Positions 1 through 13,530 of a stretch of 64,000 nucleotides of DNA are shown here, in pieces; the first letter of the stretch is position 1; every line of letters begins with the position of its first letter. Both the position numbers and the translations under genes were made by a program. Source of the stretch: Vezdaea acicularis (Eukaryota); the NCBI GenBank assembly GCA_026025075.1, contig JAPEUI010000013.1, positions 124,001 to 188,000 of the forward strand, given 5' to 3'. The notes beneath the pieces are model-generated. The model was given only the letters and a program-made list of their open reading frames with translations, was not told the DNA's origin and searched no databases.

Positions 1-2
1 TT

Positions 3-368
3 TCAGTCGACCGACTCGACTCGACCAATGGCAGCGCGGGCGTTGTCCTCACCTGCTCGGCGCTGAAAGAGAAATATCGGGACGTGATCCGGATCGCAGC
101 CTACAATGACCACGACGTGATCGTGCGCTTCATATACCTGCGCGCCGACGAGAAGGTGCTGGTCGAGCGCGTGCGCGAGCGCCAGGGTCACTTCATGAAG
201 GAGGATATGGTCCGTAGCCAGTTCTCGTCGCTGGAGGAACCAAGGGTTGACAAGGAATCCGATGTTCTGGTCGTGGACGTGGGCGGCTCCGAGATGGAGG
301 CGAAGCGGCGCAGCTTGGATGCTGTGAGGAGGAGCTTGGCCCTTGACGGGAGGTCGTCGGAGTGCTGA
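3..368 (+). CDS. Gluconokinase (GntK/IdnK, shikimate-kinase-like), 3' part; 5' end lies outside the window
   Basis: The frame is open from nt 3: ..GVVLTCSALKEKYRDVIR..FIYLRADEKVLVERVRERQGHFMKEDMVRSQFSSLEEP. CSALK..YRD and R.GHFM...M..SQF..LEEP are gluconokinase motifs. Confidence 0.9.
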   Translation, partial: SVDRLDSTNGSAGVVLTCSALKEKYRDVIRIAAYNDHDVIVRFIYLRADEKVLVERVRERQGHFMKEDMVRSQFSSLEEPRVDKESDVLVVDVGGSEMEAKRRSLDAVRRSLALDGRSSEC

Positions 369-1714
369 AAATATACACCCCTTCTCCCCGCGCAAACCAC
401 ACGGAGCCGGCTCGCGGGCCTCCCGTCGCTTACTCTTGCCGCCAACGCCGCATTTCTTTTTCGGCTCCCTTTTTTCCCCTCCTTCGCCGCAGCTGCATAG
501 TGGTCAGCTGTGCTCCCCCTCCGGGAATGCTCTCTATACGTCACCTGTCCTCCTGCTCCTTCCTCCGTCTACCCTTTGGGGTCTTTGATCGCACTTTCTT
601 GCACTGCCTCGCTTTCCTCTTCTGGGGGGAATGCATCATACCTTCCCAACTCCAGCGAGGGCAAGGGCGAAGGCGCGACAGGGGGGATGGGGATTTTTAG
701 GAAGGTGGGGGCGGGGATTCGTTCCTTCCTCCATCCCTCCCTGCCTTTCCTTTATCTATCCATCTGTCGCACTTGGTTTGGGGGCGGGAACACAAAAAGT
801 ACACGGCGTCTGTCGGAGTTTTCGCATCTTTCATCTATCCGGCTCTTCCTCTCCCCACGTCTCGGACTCTTTCCCACGCTCCAGACCTGGGCTATCAACC
901 CTCCTCGCTCCGCCTTCCCTCCAATTGAATCAGGAGTTATTCGTTGACGGAGTTTACACAAACCAGCAGCGGGATCAAAAGCGGGGCCATGGAAAGTATG
1001 TGAAAAAATACAAGGGCTTTCAACCAGTACCGCAGATGTACAGAAGCTCAGCGGCCTCTCTCTCTCCCTCCATTCATCCACCTCTCCATCTCTCCATCCT
1101 TTTTTCTTACCTTTTTTCTGTTCGCTGCACATACTTTACATACTTCACGACAGACTCACCGCGCCGGCCGGGATGGAAAAAAAGTGGAAAGGAGGGGAAA
1201 ACAAAAAGTTCATCAGGGGTTTTCACGGACGGGACGGGAAGGGTCTTGATGGGGTTTTTTGTTTTTGTTTTTGTTTGGTTGGTGAGGAAAGAAGGGATGG
1301 GGTGGGGGAGGGCGAGAGAGGGGAGAGGAAGGGAAGATATAGCGCTACCATAGAATTGGAGACACCATTTTCAAAAATCAAGATATCAAAATCTTTTCAA
1401 TCCTTCCGTTCTCTTTCAAGCTTCTGCTCCATCACGAGCCGCGTATGAAAGGCCAGATGACGATGACAAGTATCATTCATTCTTCTAACGGAGACAAAGC
1501 TACCTAACGACCCGCCCACGTTCCAGACTAGCTAACCTCTACCATTTTAGGGAGTCGCAAGTCGTCACTCCATAGACGTCCCGCCCACCGAATAAAGTAG
1601 CAAGAAGCAGAATAAGAAGAGGCTGAGCAAAGCAAGGCAAACAAAACCCACAATCGCCCACAAGATTCCCCCGGAGTTTTGATCTAGTCTAAAACAAGAG
1701 AGAACGAACAGACA

Positions 1715-1730
1715 GGGGGGGGGGGGGGGG
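1715..1730. repeat. Poly-G homopolymer (16 nt) in a purine-rich intergenic/3' region
   Basis: Directly visible: gacaGGGGGGGGGGGGGGGGtataac, with further G-runs nearby. Confidence 0.9.
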
Positions 1731-1970
1731 TATAACACCTTTTATGAGGGGGAAAGGGGGAAGGGGGACGCGAAACAGATCCGACTTGTGAAATGCCTGG
1801 ACGAAGGACGGACAAACAAGAACCCACCGTGAACACCCTGAAAGAAAGGGGGGGAAATGCCAACGTGTGTGAAAATGCCCAGTAACCATGCATGATCCAC
1901 GACCGCATAAAACAAGAGAGGGGTTGAGAGAAAAAAAAAGAGAAAAAGAGATGCAAGTGCGAATGCCCCG

Positions 1971-4065
1971 TTAAGACAAGAAATCCACCTTCCTCCCCAG
2001 ATCCGCCACCAGCTCTCCTCGCCACAGTTCCTCCATCTTATCGCCGTGCTCTTCGCCTACTCCCTCTTCCTCACTAGTCCCCCTCAAGATCTGCCCCTCG
2101 TGCGTACGTGAATGTCTCTTGAGCTGGTCCAAGCGATGGAAGGTTCGCCCACACCCCTCGACGGGGCAGCGGTGCTGGCCGATGGCGTAGTGCGTCTTCT
2201 TGTGTTTGGAGAGGTTGGAGGACTCGCTGAAGCGCTTGCCGCATTTGGGGTGGTCGCATCGGAGAGGGCGCTCTTTGGTGTGGGTACGGACGTGCATGGC
2301 TGGTGGGAGGGTTTGGTTAGAATGCCTGACTGTGCTGGCGACTGTTTAAGGGGGGGGTGAGGAGTCACTTACTCAATGCGCTGCCTTGTTTGAACGTCTT
2401 GCCGCAGTCTTCGCACTCGTAGGGTTCTTCGCCAGTGTGGATGCGAATGTGCTGCTGGAGGGCTTGCGGGGCGGAGAATTGGCGGCCGCATTGGTCGCAG
2501 ATGCAGGCTTTGACTGAAAGGAAGTTCCGCATGAGTTTTTGTTTTCCGTTTTGCCTCACAGATGGAAAGAGAATTTGGGATGAGATATCTCTATCTCAGA
2601 GGCCGAGGGAAAAGAAAGATTGCGCGAAATATCTCTATTTCATGGACGGGATAAAGCGAGCCGCGAGGTATAGGAGTATCACGACGAACAAAAAAGGCAT
2701 GAAGTGTATGAATCTCGTCGACGGAATTGGAAGGTTATGCTTACATCCAGTATGAACTTGGAGGTGGCGGTCGAGCTTTCCTTTCTGGCTGAATGGCTTC
2801 ATGCCATAGCGCGAGCAGCCGTTCCAGCGACATTCAAAGCCGATCTTCTTCCTAAGTCTGTCAATGTGCGCTTCCTTGGCGTGCTGCTGGAGGGCGAGCG
2901 CTCCATCTAGAACGGCGCCACACACTTTCTTCTTGCCGCTGGTGGAGTCCACATGGATAACCCATTCGCAGGAACGTGCAGCAAAGAGCTTAGAAATGTT
3001 GAGGGTCTCGTCGAATGTAGCAGTGGTGCTGTAGTGAGCGGTATGTAGATGCTCGTTGAGGCTCTCGATGTTTTCCGCGTCTAGTCCGCAGTTCTTCCAC
3101 TGGCATTGGAGCTCGGGCTTCGGAAGGTGGACGTGATCGTTCTGCAAATGGCGCCTGAGGTCCTCGCAATCGGTGAAGCAGGCTGTGCAGTCCTGCCATA
3201 GACATGTGTGCAAATCATGATCGACATGGTGGTTCTCCTCGACGTGGGTGAATATGGTTGTTGGGTCTGTAGGTTGCTCACAATTGTCCCACCCGCATGG
3301 AATCGGGCTTTGAGACTGGAATTCCTTGGATTGCGGCTGAACATGATCCTTGAAGACGTGGTTCTCGAGACTTCCCCAGTCGATAAATGATTGGCCATCA
3401 CAAATACCGTTCCAATGGCATTGCAAAGCGGCTGTAAGTTCCTGGTCTTCCCCAACATGCTTTGTTGGATCGACTTTCTGTAGATGTTGGTTTGAAAGGT
3501 GGTCCTCATGAGCGATTCGACGTTTTTTGATTGGCCGCTCATGGCATATTGGGCCATCCTGAAATGGAGATCGTGATACGCTTGACGTTGTTGGCGCATG
3601 TTGTGTGATGTAAGGCGGATACAACTGCAGGGGAGGTTCCGCCCAGCTCAACTCGGAAGGGTCGACACCGGCCGAGAAGAAATTAGAGCCCCCCACCCCA
3701 ACATTGCCTTCAAGGCACTTCGCGTCAAAGCATGGAGGGGAATCTTGACGACAGCCAGTTTCCTTACAGTCCGAACTCGTACATATAACCTTCTTGCAGT
3801 CCACATCCTCTAGGCATGTCTCATCACACTCTTCAAGACACTCGTCCTTGTCGCAGCAGTCATTGCAGACCTTTTCATCGCACTCTGCGCTGCAAATCGA
3901 GCTTGCATCACTGTCTGGAGTGAGCACCGGTTCCTGTTGCGTTGCGGAGGGGGATATGTAAATCGCTGGCGGTGAGAGACCCATCGACGGTGGATCATAG
4001 GAAACGGGTTGAGGAAGATCCCAGGTGTATTGAGCCGTTTGTCGATCTATTCCCATAGTATCCAT
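1971..4065 (-). CDS. Multi-C2H2 zinc-finger transcription factor, Zap1/ZafA-like (zinc-responsive activator family)
   Basis: Exons ~4065-2745, 2513-2373 and 2299-1971; GTAAGC/GTAAGT donors and CAG acceptors keep the frame. Tandem CxWxxC fingers are followed by classical fingers with HTG links. [17 protein letters not shown] closely resembles the C-terminal finger of yeast Zap1. An alternative in-frame ATG is at 4173. Confidence 0.8.
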
Positions 4066-4715
4066 GACCAAAGCATCATATTCGTCGTAACCATGACACC
4101 AGATGAAAAGATCCTTCGCTACTTTAGCACCATACGCACTATCTCGACAACGACGACGACGACGCCCCTCCATCGGGAATGACTAGGAAAGTATGCAGAC
4201 AGATGAGAGAGAACAAAATCAAACAAATTGATTGTCTTCTGAGCAAAGGAATGTGTTATTCGGATCAGAGCGTGTATGACTTACAGAAAGTTGGCCAAAA
4301 CCATACGGCTCTTCACAAGCAGCGCCCCACCAGTTAGAGGAATTGAGTCCCTTGTTGGCCCTTTATCAGCAGCCTCACAACGAAAGCTTAGGCGAAAGGC
4401 ACAACCTTGAACCCCCGCGCACGTGACCTCCCCTTCCAGTTTTCCAACTCCCTGTCTTGCCATTCACTTCTTCTGGATATCTTATTGATATCAGTAATTC
4501 CTAAACCCTTCTGGTACTTAGACTACGACCTGGCAAGTCGAACATGGAGCGCTGCAGAAGCAGACCCTTGCGATTCACAGCATGAAAACTAGCGTGGGCG
4601 ATACTGCAACCATACGCGTTACTTTGTAAGGCTAATCAGCCTCTGGATTGTATATATCCACTTTGCTTATCAGCCTCGGCTTCAAGCGCCGTTCTTCGGT
4701 AGATTATCACCAGAC

Positions 4716-5189
4716 ATGGGCAACCTATGTGGGAAGCCTTCCAAATCTGATCCATTTTCGCAGCCCGGTCGAACTCTCTCTTCCGCCCCATCAAAGCCCA
4801 CCAGAGCCCCCGTCCCGTCCGCTGCCCAGCGTAACCACCCCAATAGAGCGCCATCCGGTGATAAAGGTCGTTCATTAGGCGGTGCGAATACGCCGGCCGA
4901 TGTCAGCGAAGCAAGACGGAAGGCGGCGGCGGCTGCAGAGGTACGTCATGCGCCTTCTCGTCCGCCGGACGAGCCTCGGCCGTTCGTCACGAGCATCTGG
5001 ATAGGCTGAACGCTGATGTCCGGTGAATAGGAGCGCGCGCGAGCAACGCAGAAACCCAAGGGAAAACTAAGCTCCCAGTTACAAGAGCAGAAAGCCAAAA
5101 CAAGGACCAATACATTGGAGCAGGCGAGCGCCGATACGAGGAGAATGAGAGATGCGGACGAGGCGGCAGAGGCCAGGCAGTATAATTAG
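4716..5189 (+). CDS. Small N-myristoylated/palmitoylated protein, SVIP (small VCP/p97-interacting protein)-like
   Basis: The MGNLCGK start fits Gly2 myristoylation plus Cys palmitoylation. Intron 4941-5030 (GTACGT..GCTGAT..TAG) joins ARRKAAAAAE|ERARA (VIM-like) to KGKLSSQLQEQK..ARQYN*. Confidence 0.7.
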
Positions 5190-5419
5190 CATTCTGGCGG
5201 CCGATTAATTGCTCCCAACGAGGCGTCATCCGAGCATAGTCGTTCTTTTGGCATAAAATATTGGCAAAGGCTCGCGGTCACAAGCGGTGGCAGATTCCAG
5301 ATTGCGCCGATTTGGGGCACAAGGCCGCCATCATGCTCTACTACCTAGTAGCCCTAACGAAGCGGCTTTGGAATCCCTAATCTAAGCTCCCAAAAGTGCA
5401 AGTATGTAATTGTCACAAA

Positions 5420-8400
5420 CTAAACGACATTGTATCGCCCACCTGTAGGAGCACGATTCTCTCCTTCCACAGCAGCAGCAGTGCCTTCCTTCAATAGCCT
5501 CATGAGTTCTCTCATTGCATTTGTAACAACAACTTCAGTATCCCCCTCCACGAGTATGTATAGTTTGGGATTTTCGCCCACTTGAGGCTCTTTACCTGCA
5601 GCGTAAAAAGACCCTTTCGTAGTAATAGAAGTGCCTGTTGCTTCCAATATCTTTGCGACGTTCGTCCGGTTCGTAACGGCCCACCTTGCCTTCTCTATAG
5701 CTGTGTTAGTTTTATAGGATAACTTGAGATGATTTCGGATATACTTACGGGGGAAATCATTAATCTCCAGGGTTGCATGGAACGCACCAGCGTCCGGACC
5801 TTTGTTGTCGATCGGTACACCGGATCGCATTACGCCAGTCTTACTAAGTCTATTGTGGATGTTTGCAACGGCTTGCCCAACTTTATCAAGGGGGTTCTTA
5901 GATCCTCCCGCAGCGGGTTCGGTCCTATGCACCGTAATCTTGCCGTCCAGATCGATACCTTTAGGTACCCCAGGAAGTGAGACAGGTGCTGGCGTTGGCG
6001 CCGACGCTGATTTCACAACGATCTCGTCGTCTTTCTTCTCCTCTTTCTCATCATCGTCGCCTTCCTCGCCCGTCTTGTAGGTCTTGCGCTCGCGATTCCG
6101 AGCTGCATCACGTTCCTGATCAAGCCGCTCGAGACCTTTGCCTCCAAATCCAGAACCACTGGTCTTCTCTTTCCCAGCCTTGACCTTCTCAACAAAAGAA
6201 TCAACCAGCTTCTGTACTGACTCTGGGACATTTTGACCACTCTGCCTTAACGCTTTCGCAATCTCAACAGAGTACCGCTCCTGTTCTTCGGTGAGAAAAG
6301 TGACTGCAGTGCCAGTTTCGCCTGCACGGCCAGTACGTCCAGCACGGTGTACATAGTCTTCCAGATGATTTGGCGCATCATAGTTAATCACAAGTTTCAG
6401 TTGCTTAACATCGAGACCTCGCGCAGCGACGGACGTAGCGACCAAGATTGGAACGTGGCCAGCCTTGAAATCATCGATTGCAGAGTCCCGGTCAATTTGA
6501 TCCTTGCCTCCGTGGATAGAAAGGCATGGATACCCTTTCCGCATAAGGTCACGTAAGAGACCATCTGCAGCCTCCTGGCGATCTACAAAGATCAAGGTCC
6601 TAGCATCTTCATCTTTGTAGTGCAGCTCGCCCAGAAGTTCTAGTAGCCGATGGAACTTGGTTTCCTCAGACCTTACCTCTACAACTTGAGTGATTTCTGG
6701 AGCTACAACGCTGCGGCCTCCAACGACTATTTCGACTGGCTTCTGCAGCGTTTTTCGTGCTAACGCCTCCATTTGCCGTGGAAAGGTTGCTGAGAAGAGG
6801 ACCGTCTGTCGATCTGGGCGGATGTTTGCCATGATCTTCATTACTTGTGGCTCAAACCCCATGTCGAACATCCGATCAGCTTCATCCAACACAGTGTAGG
6901 TAACACGTCGTAGATTTGTAACTCTCCCTGAGTTTGCAGCTAGCAGATCAATCATACGCCCAGGTGTGCAAACTATTATTTCCGCACCTCTTTTAAGGTC
7001 GGCGATCTGGTCTTTGATTGGGGCCCCACCATAGGCGCACACAGCCCTCAAGTTCAAAGCTCTCAGGAATGGCTTACATTCCTTGTGAATCTGCGTCGCT
7101 AATTCACGTGTGGGGGTCATGACTAGCCCTACTGGACCATCTAGTGGATCCAAGGGCCTTTGATCTTTGATATGTCGAAACATGGGCAGCAAGAATGCTA
7201 TCGTCTTTCCAGAACCTGTTTTAGCCACGCCGATGACATCGCGACCTGACATGATTGCGGGTATCGCCTGTGTCTGAATGGAAGTTGGTTTTTCGTATCC
7301 TAGTCTTTGTATCACGTCAAGTGTCTGGACACCCAAGCCACACTGTGACCACTTCTGTACTGGTTTGGGCGCCTCTACCCCGCGGATTTTAATGCCGTCT
7401 AACTCTAACCTTAGATCCGCCACTTCTCCTTCAGTCATGTCAGCCAGTTCAGCAGGCTCGCTATAAAATTTCTTTCGGAAAGGTTCATAATTGATCTTGG
7501 CGTGATTGACGGCAGGGAGGTCTTTTTTCTTTCGAGCTTTGCTTGCCATCGCTAATATGTCGTCTGGATCTGCTTCTATAGCTTCCAAGTCGACATCGTC
7601 ATCCCCGTAAAGTGCCTCTGGCTGTTGTTTGCCGCCTTTGGTACTCGAGTTACGTGTCCCGTTCGTCTGTCTAGGGTTAGGATTCGGGTCGCCAAGGTCA
7701 GCCATAAATGCATCAAGCGGGTCAACCTCTTCATCTTCTTCCATGGGTTCCACATCGTTGGCGTGCTGAGGAGCGTCAGCCATTTGTGAGTCATCAGTAG
7801 CTTCAGCGCCCTTAACTTCAGTCTCGGCATCTTCGGGAATTTGGTGAGCCAGGCTGTGGATCTGAATCCTCTCTTCACGCTTTTCAGCCGCCGCGCGAGC
7901 CGCAGCAGCGGTTTCTTCTTCCGTTCCCGCGTCTTGCATGTCCACGTCATCATCTTCCTCTTCAACATCCTCAGCCGACACAATGGCGTCGGTCTCATTG
8001 AGTGGTTCCATGTGAAGGGTGGGCAGCTTCTCAAGTTTCTTCCTCGTAGACTCCTCCTCGCCGAAATCGAGTCCACGCTTAGAAGCCTTATCTCCATCGC
8101 TCCCACCTTTACCTCCAAGGCCAAAGCCACTCACGTTGCCCCTAGCCGTGGGTAGCGCGGATTTTGATACTATGAGGCCGTACGTCAGCATCAACGTAGT
8201 TTAAGGACAGCGTATGAAATGAAGCTTACATTTGGTAGAGCTAGAATCAGCTGATGAACTGTTAGCTTTTAGGCTCGTAGCTGCTGAGGTGGAGTTGGCA
8301 GACGCCTTAGCATTTTGTGGGAGAGGCACATCTATCCCTAATGCTCCATTTTCTGACAAACCGGCAGCCGCCTTCCTGGCAATAGCCTTCGGGTCGAACT

Positions 8401-9251
8401 TGCCAGCATACGGAACCGGGGTAGTAATATCATGTGGGGTAGCTGGGGATTGTGGAGACGCAGTATTAGATAATCCATTAGCCTTCCTATCCATTTCTTC
8501 CAGCAGGGTACGAGTCCCTCCTGCCGCTGCTTGTTCTCTTTCCTTACGTTCCCGCTCCTCAGCAACTTTCTTTTTCCACGCCTGCATTTTTGCCTGCCGA
8601 TCTGCCATACGTTGCTCATCCGTTTGTCCTGTAGTAGTTCCAGGCTTTGTAGACTGCCCGGACAAGTTAGTTTGGTCATTTAGAGGGTGTAGATCTCTTT
8701 GCGAACATACATCATTGGCCTTCGAGCTAGTCCTAGTAGCTGTTGTATCCTTACTCTCGTCGCGTCTATGCTTGCGCCTCGAGTCAGCAGAGTCGTCACG
8801 GCGCCTTCTGGGCCTATCACGAGAGTCATCTCGCCTCTCTCGGTAGTCTCTATCTCGACTGCGTCGACGACGTCTATCGGCTGAGCGATCCCGTCCAATG
8901 TAGCGATCTCTTGATCGCCTTCTATCCCGTGAGCGTTCCCTCCTACTTGGTCGGTAGGAATCATCATCGCGACGATTATCTCGACGGTCTAGAGAACGTT
9001 CACGTCGTCGATAGGAATCTTTCTCTCGATATCGACGCTAAAACATATGAACGTTAGCAACCCTTCCAGGTCGGCATCTAATAATATACACTACTTACAT
9101 CAGGGCTGCGCGATCGGCTCCTTCTCCGGGGCAGACGGCCATCGTCACGCCTATCTCGATCATGGCGATCATCATCGCGTCGAAAACGTTTTGAAGAGGA
9201 GTAATGGCTTCCTACAGGCGAAGGTGAGCGTGAATCCGCGTGGCGGGCCAT
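5420..9251 (-). CDS. PRP5: Pre-mRNA-processing DEAD-box RNA helicase Prp5/DDX46
   Basis: Start [16 protein letters not shown]-rich N-terminus, DPLDAFM motif, [31 protein letters not shown] and a C-terminal KH-like region. Introns near 9098-9038, 8230-8173 and 5747-5696. Confidence 0.95.
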
Positions 9252-9672
9252 GCCCACGGAGGTTTCTCTTTTAAGTGAGTAGTACTTTAGACATGCACAA
9301 TACTAGGCTTCTGAACGCGGCTCTCATCTAGAAAGCTTCTGCTTTTGCCGAATCAAATCAACGAAGATACCGATGTAAATTCTGGAATACCCAGTATGAA
9401 CAAGCGATGAGGTTCTGGAGCTAGGATATGTATGCGCCGCTCTAGCCTTTGCCTATTCTGGCCTAGTTTAAAGTCGCCAAGATGACTGCCGATGAGTGAT
9501 ACCAGCCTCCCTGTTTGATGCATGGTCGGCAGCTTCCTGTGACACGCACGCGATACTTGAAACCAGCTTCAATTTTCCCGCATTCCTCCACAGTATCAGC
9601 TTATTCCTATATTAACTTCCCATGATTCCAGCTGGTACCATCTAGGGCATACTTTGCCAATCTATCACTAGG

Positions 9673-10712
9673 ATGCTTGCTACGTCTTCGCGCATCGCTG
9701 CGCGACGAGCGAGACTCAATGTACCGAAGTCGCTTGACGGCTCTTTGATTGTGAAGATTGCGCGTCTTGAACAGATTCCTAGAGTACTGTTTTCTAGCTT
9801 CCCATCTAGAAGCTTGCGTCAATGGCCCTCGAACGGGGCCCTTACGCGGTCATATGCCATTACAACGACCACAACTAAAAAACCTCGAGGCAGAGCTCCT
9901 GCCAGAGCCAGATCAACCAAAAGGAAGACACCCAAGAAGAAGACGAAGGCGAAAAGGGCGAAGGCTAAGCCAAAGCGCAAGGCAAAGCCGGTTCTCAAAC
10001 GCAAGGTTTTGACGGAACGGCAGAAGCTTGTGGCTACCAAAGCTAAAGCGCGAACCCGAATACAAGAACTAAAAGAGTCGGCACTGGTTTCACCAAAATT
10101 ATTGCCCCAAACTGCATATCTGGTCTACCATAGCTCAAGAACCACGAAGGGCGAGAAGGCGACCACTGCAGCAAAGGAGATTGGCGAAGATTTCAAAAAT
10201 TTAAGCTTAACAGAGATAGAAGTAAGCCAACATGGAATAACCCTTTCCAATACGATCGCTGAACGTATGCTCTAGCGTCTGAATCATATTGCCAATCAGA
10301 ATAAAGCTACCAATGCTGCTAACTACGCCAATTGGGTTCGATCATACACACCTCAGCAAATTAACACGGCGAACAATGCTCGAAGACTTCTCAATAGAAC
10401 CAAGGACCCCAAAAGTCGTAGACGTCCACTAATAAAAGATGAGCGGCTTCCAAGGCAACCAACTCGGTCTTACATCTTCTTCGTTAAGGAGCGTTGGCAA
10501 AGTGGAGACTTTCATGGTATGAAGGTTACCGATGCAGGCAAACTTGCCGGGAAAGAATTCAAGGCTCTCTCTGCGAGTGAGAAAAAGGTATACAGCAACC
10601 TCACAAATCATTCTTGGGGCCAACAGCTTACAACCACTAATAGAAATATACCGATCTCCAAGCTGCTGACACGGCAAGATATCAGACAGAAACCAAGACA
10701 GTCATGGGCTAA
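9673..10712 (+). CDS. Mitochondrial HMG-box DNA-binding (nucleoid-type) protein
   Basis: Arg/Ser-rich presequence-like N-terminus, KKPRGR and a Lys-rich tract. Introns ~10222-10275 and ~10588-10643. The spliced HMG box reads IKDERLPRQPTRSYIFFVKERW..AGKEFKALSASEKK|KYTDLQAADTARY. Confidence 0.8.
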
Positions 10713-11189
10713 GGTACCCAAAAGCTCTTGAAGCCTAAAAAAATGGTAAGGATCATCTCGTAATTGGTTTTGGGGCCTTAGTCCGGCTGTATTCGCGCGA
10801 ATCCAGCGCGTTGTCATTAGGCAAGGGCATGTTTCCATATAGGAGGTCCATCGGTGCGGTGGCTCGTACGTTCTACTGCGTGAGTCGAGACGTCCAGTCT
10901 TTGAACCAAGATGCAGGGTCGGTGGCTTGGTAGGGCGCTTTTCGTAGTTATGCTTCTGAGCGTTTGTGGTCTAGTTTGACTCCTTTGTACGATAGCGGAT
11001 CCTACAGGATGAACATTATACAAAAGTCTTACCTTATGAGCAACCGTGATACTCCGTTTTCGCCACGCTTTAGATACGAAGCATGGGTACTTCGAAATTG
11101 CCCTTAGATGTCAGGAGCTAACGTCATTCAGCAAACAACCAGGACATTAATGCTTCCAGTCGAATAATCTGATTCGGGGTACGCCAACC

Positions 11190-12273
11190 TCATCTTAATG
11201 AAGCTATACTGCCTTCTACATTATGCATCTCCTCCTTGGCTTTCCTCGCTAACCTTGCTGCACCTTTCACCCACCTGTCCTGCACGTTGCTCCTCCTTCG
11301 CGCCTCTCTTTCTTCCATAACGAGCTCTTTTTCTCTATCGACGATTTCAATCATCTTTGCTGCTAGTACACTGTTCTTCATTTTCTCATTTATAAGAGTG
11401 GCCGTTGTACTCTTTTCGGTAATCTTTATTTCATCTACCCATAGGGACTCTAGATCGTGGCTAATCCCGTGCTCATGGGCTATTGACCGGTCCCATGCGT
11501 CTTCCGCCTTTGCGACCTCTAACAAGTCCCCAGTCCTCTCTAGGCGATCGCGCAGCTTTTGGCGCTGCTTGATCTTGTCGTTGATAAGCCTACTAAGAAA
11601 AGGAGACTGCGGCTTTTTGAATCTTAGAAAGGGGATTTTATTTGCTGAGACGAAGATTGGAATTCTTCGACGACCTGTGACTGAGGCGTAAGGGCGCTCC
11701 AGGACTGGCGTGGCAGACGGGTAAGGTGCAGGAGGTCGATGCTCCGCATGCAAACGCTTCCCAGTCGCATTCTGGGAAAAAGACCCCAAAAACATATCCT
11801 CGGCTGCAACATTTTTGCTCTTACTTGGGATGCTCCATTTGGTACGATCTTGCAGCAACGATAATTTTGTAATTTTTGCAACTATCATTGAGGTAATATC
11901 GGCATCTCCAGCTACAGAAGCGCGCATTCGCCTCTCGACCTAGATAATAGTCTAATAAGTATTTGTTGAACCTTGGGATGGCAAGCGACCTAGTGTACCT
12001 CATAACCCTCTTCGAGTGCCTGGACCACAAGTCGATGGCTCTGCAAATGTTTCCTTTTCTCAAATCTTCGTCTAACGTATCCCTTGAGCCATTCCTGTTG
12101 CTCATTGGCAATCGGGAGGTGCGAGCATTTTCCTAGTATAGCCCTGTACAATGCAAAGCCTACTCAAGCGGTTAGATAAACCCGGTCCGTCCGAGGCTCA
12201 GGGGGCAATCAGGGGGGCCTGTACAAGCTGAACGATGGACACCCGACCGTTTCGGAACCAAGAAAGTCGGCAT
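11190..12273 (-). CDS. LYR-motif mitochondrial protein (Complex1_LYR-like N-terminus), conserved fungal protein
   Basis: Spliced reading MPTFLVPKRSGVHRSA|CFALYRAILG..VRRRF..ALEEGYE, then exon 3 (ORF 11190-11927) with GRRRIPIFVSANKIPFLRFKKPQSPFLSR. Two introns with canonical ends. Confidence 0.7.
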
Positions 12274-12658
12274 TCAATGAGTTGATCTTCATTGCCGTGT
12301 CATTGACGAGTGAAGATGTCGGAGGCAACGTCTAAAATTACCGAAGCACGCGAGGCTACCCTTTCGAAGCCTACATTCGGCATTGACTCTTCATCTGCAT
12401 ATTATCACATGATCGCGAAATACTTATCGAAATAACATAATTCTTTCCATCCTTCCAGGTGCTATAAGATCTCCACTCTTCATGTTTATATGAATGATGT
12501 CATTCTCTGCCGCTCCTATGCAAGGACCAAACACCAGCTCGCAAAGCAACTCCCCAAAGTATGTCGTATCTATCGGGCATAGCTCACACCTTCAAAGATA
12601 AGGACGATACGGCATTCTATAACATTCTAGCTTTCTTCCAGGATAACTCATCGCTCTC

Positions 12659-13331
12659 TTAGAGACCATAAGTTGTGCCTTCTGCTGGTTGTGGAAGTTT
12701 TTTGTGCTGAGGCTGGGCCATATACCTGTCTTCATTATTACACTAATACCTAAATCTGGTACTCAACTTTGTACGCACCTTCTCAACTCAATCAATATTG
12801 TTTCCATGGTAAAGTCTCTCCTCCACTGAGCTAGACAAGGAAGCTTTGTGGGGTCAACCTGCGTCTAAATAAGCTGAATTCTGTTGCAATGTATTTCGTT
12901 GCGAGGGTTTCGAGCTTTACCTTGCCGTTACGATCAACACAAGGGAGGTTTATCTTTGAAACAAACTGGACAGTCGGAGGGCTATCTGGATAGGTATCAC
13001 CACAATGGATGTTAAGGCTATAGATTCGATTTTCATGGGCGCTCTATCTTCCTTGTCAGTACAGGGGAGAAAAGGCATGAAGAACGGTCGAGGAAGCTTT
13101 AAGTTTGGGCAGTTTACATGTGGTGGTCCCAATATTGTCCCGTTCCAATTCGACATGAGCAAGTCATCACCGTCTGCAAGACCATAGGAGCAAGCCTCTA
13201 AACAGAAATCATGTATTAGCTATCGCTTCTATGTCACAAGGGGCATATATATTCTCACCCGCTCCAAGTCCCTTCTCGCCCTTCTCTAGCTCCTCCAGCA
13301 AGCGAAAATTGCGGGGTACTTTTGCGGTCAT
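12659..13331 (-). CDS. MMS2: Ubiquitin-conjugating enzyme E2 variant Mms2/UEV
   Basis: Multi-exon: [84 protein letters not shown]. Confidence 0.95.
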
Positions 13332-13530
13332 CACTGTTGAGTCTTGCTTGTAAGGAAGCTGAGGCCTTCTTTGTAATTATGAAGTATGTGCCTAGCTTGG
13401 GCGATTATACCCGTGAATGCGTGGCCTGAGAGCGCGTGCACAACAATCGTGGTTGACGAGCACGATAAAGCTGCGTGCATGGAGGGGGCAGAAGTTAAAC
13501 TGCGCGGCACCCCCTGCCGCTTTTACTGAA

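Noticed and set aside
369..1970. ORFs 510-947, 631-1353 and 752-1132, and a possible minus-strand intron (~641-494)
   Set aside because: Low-complexity purine/pyrimidine tracts between two convergent 3' ends; translations are not protein-like and no coherent gene model emerged.
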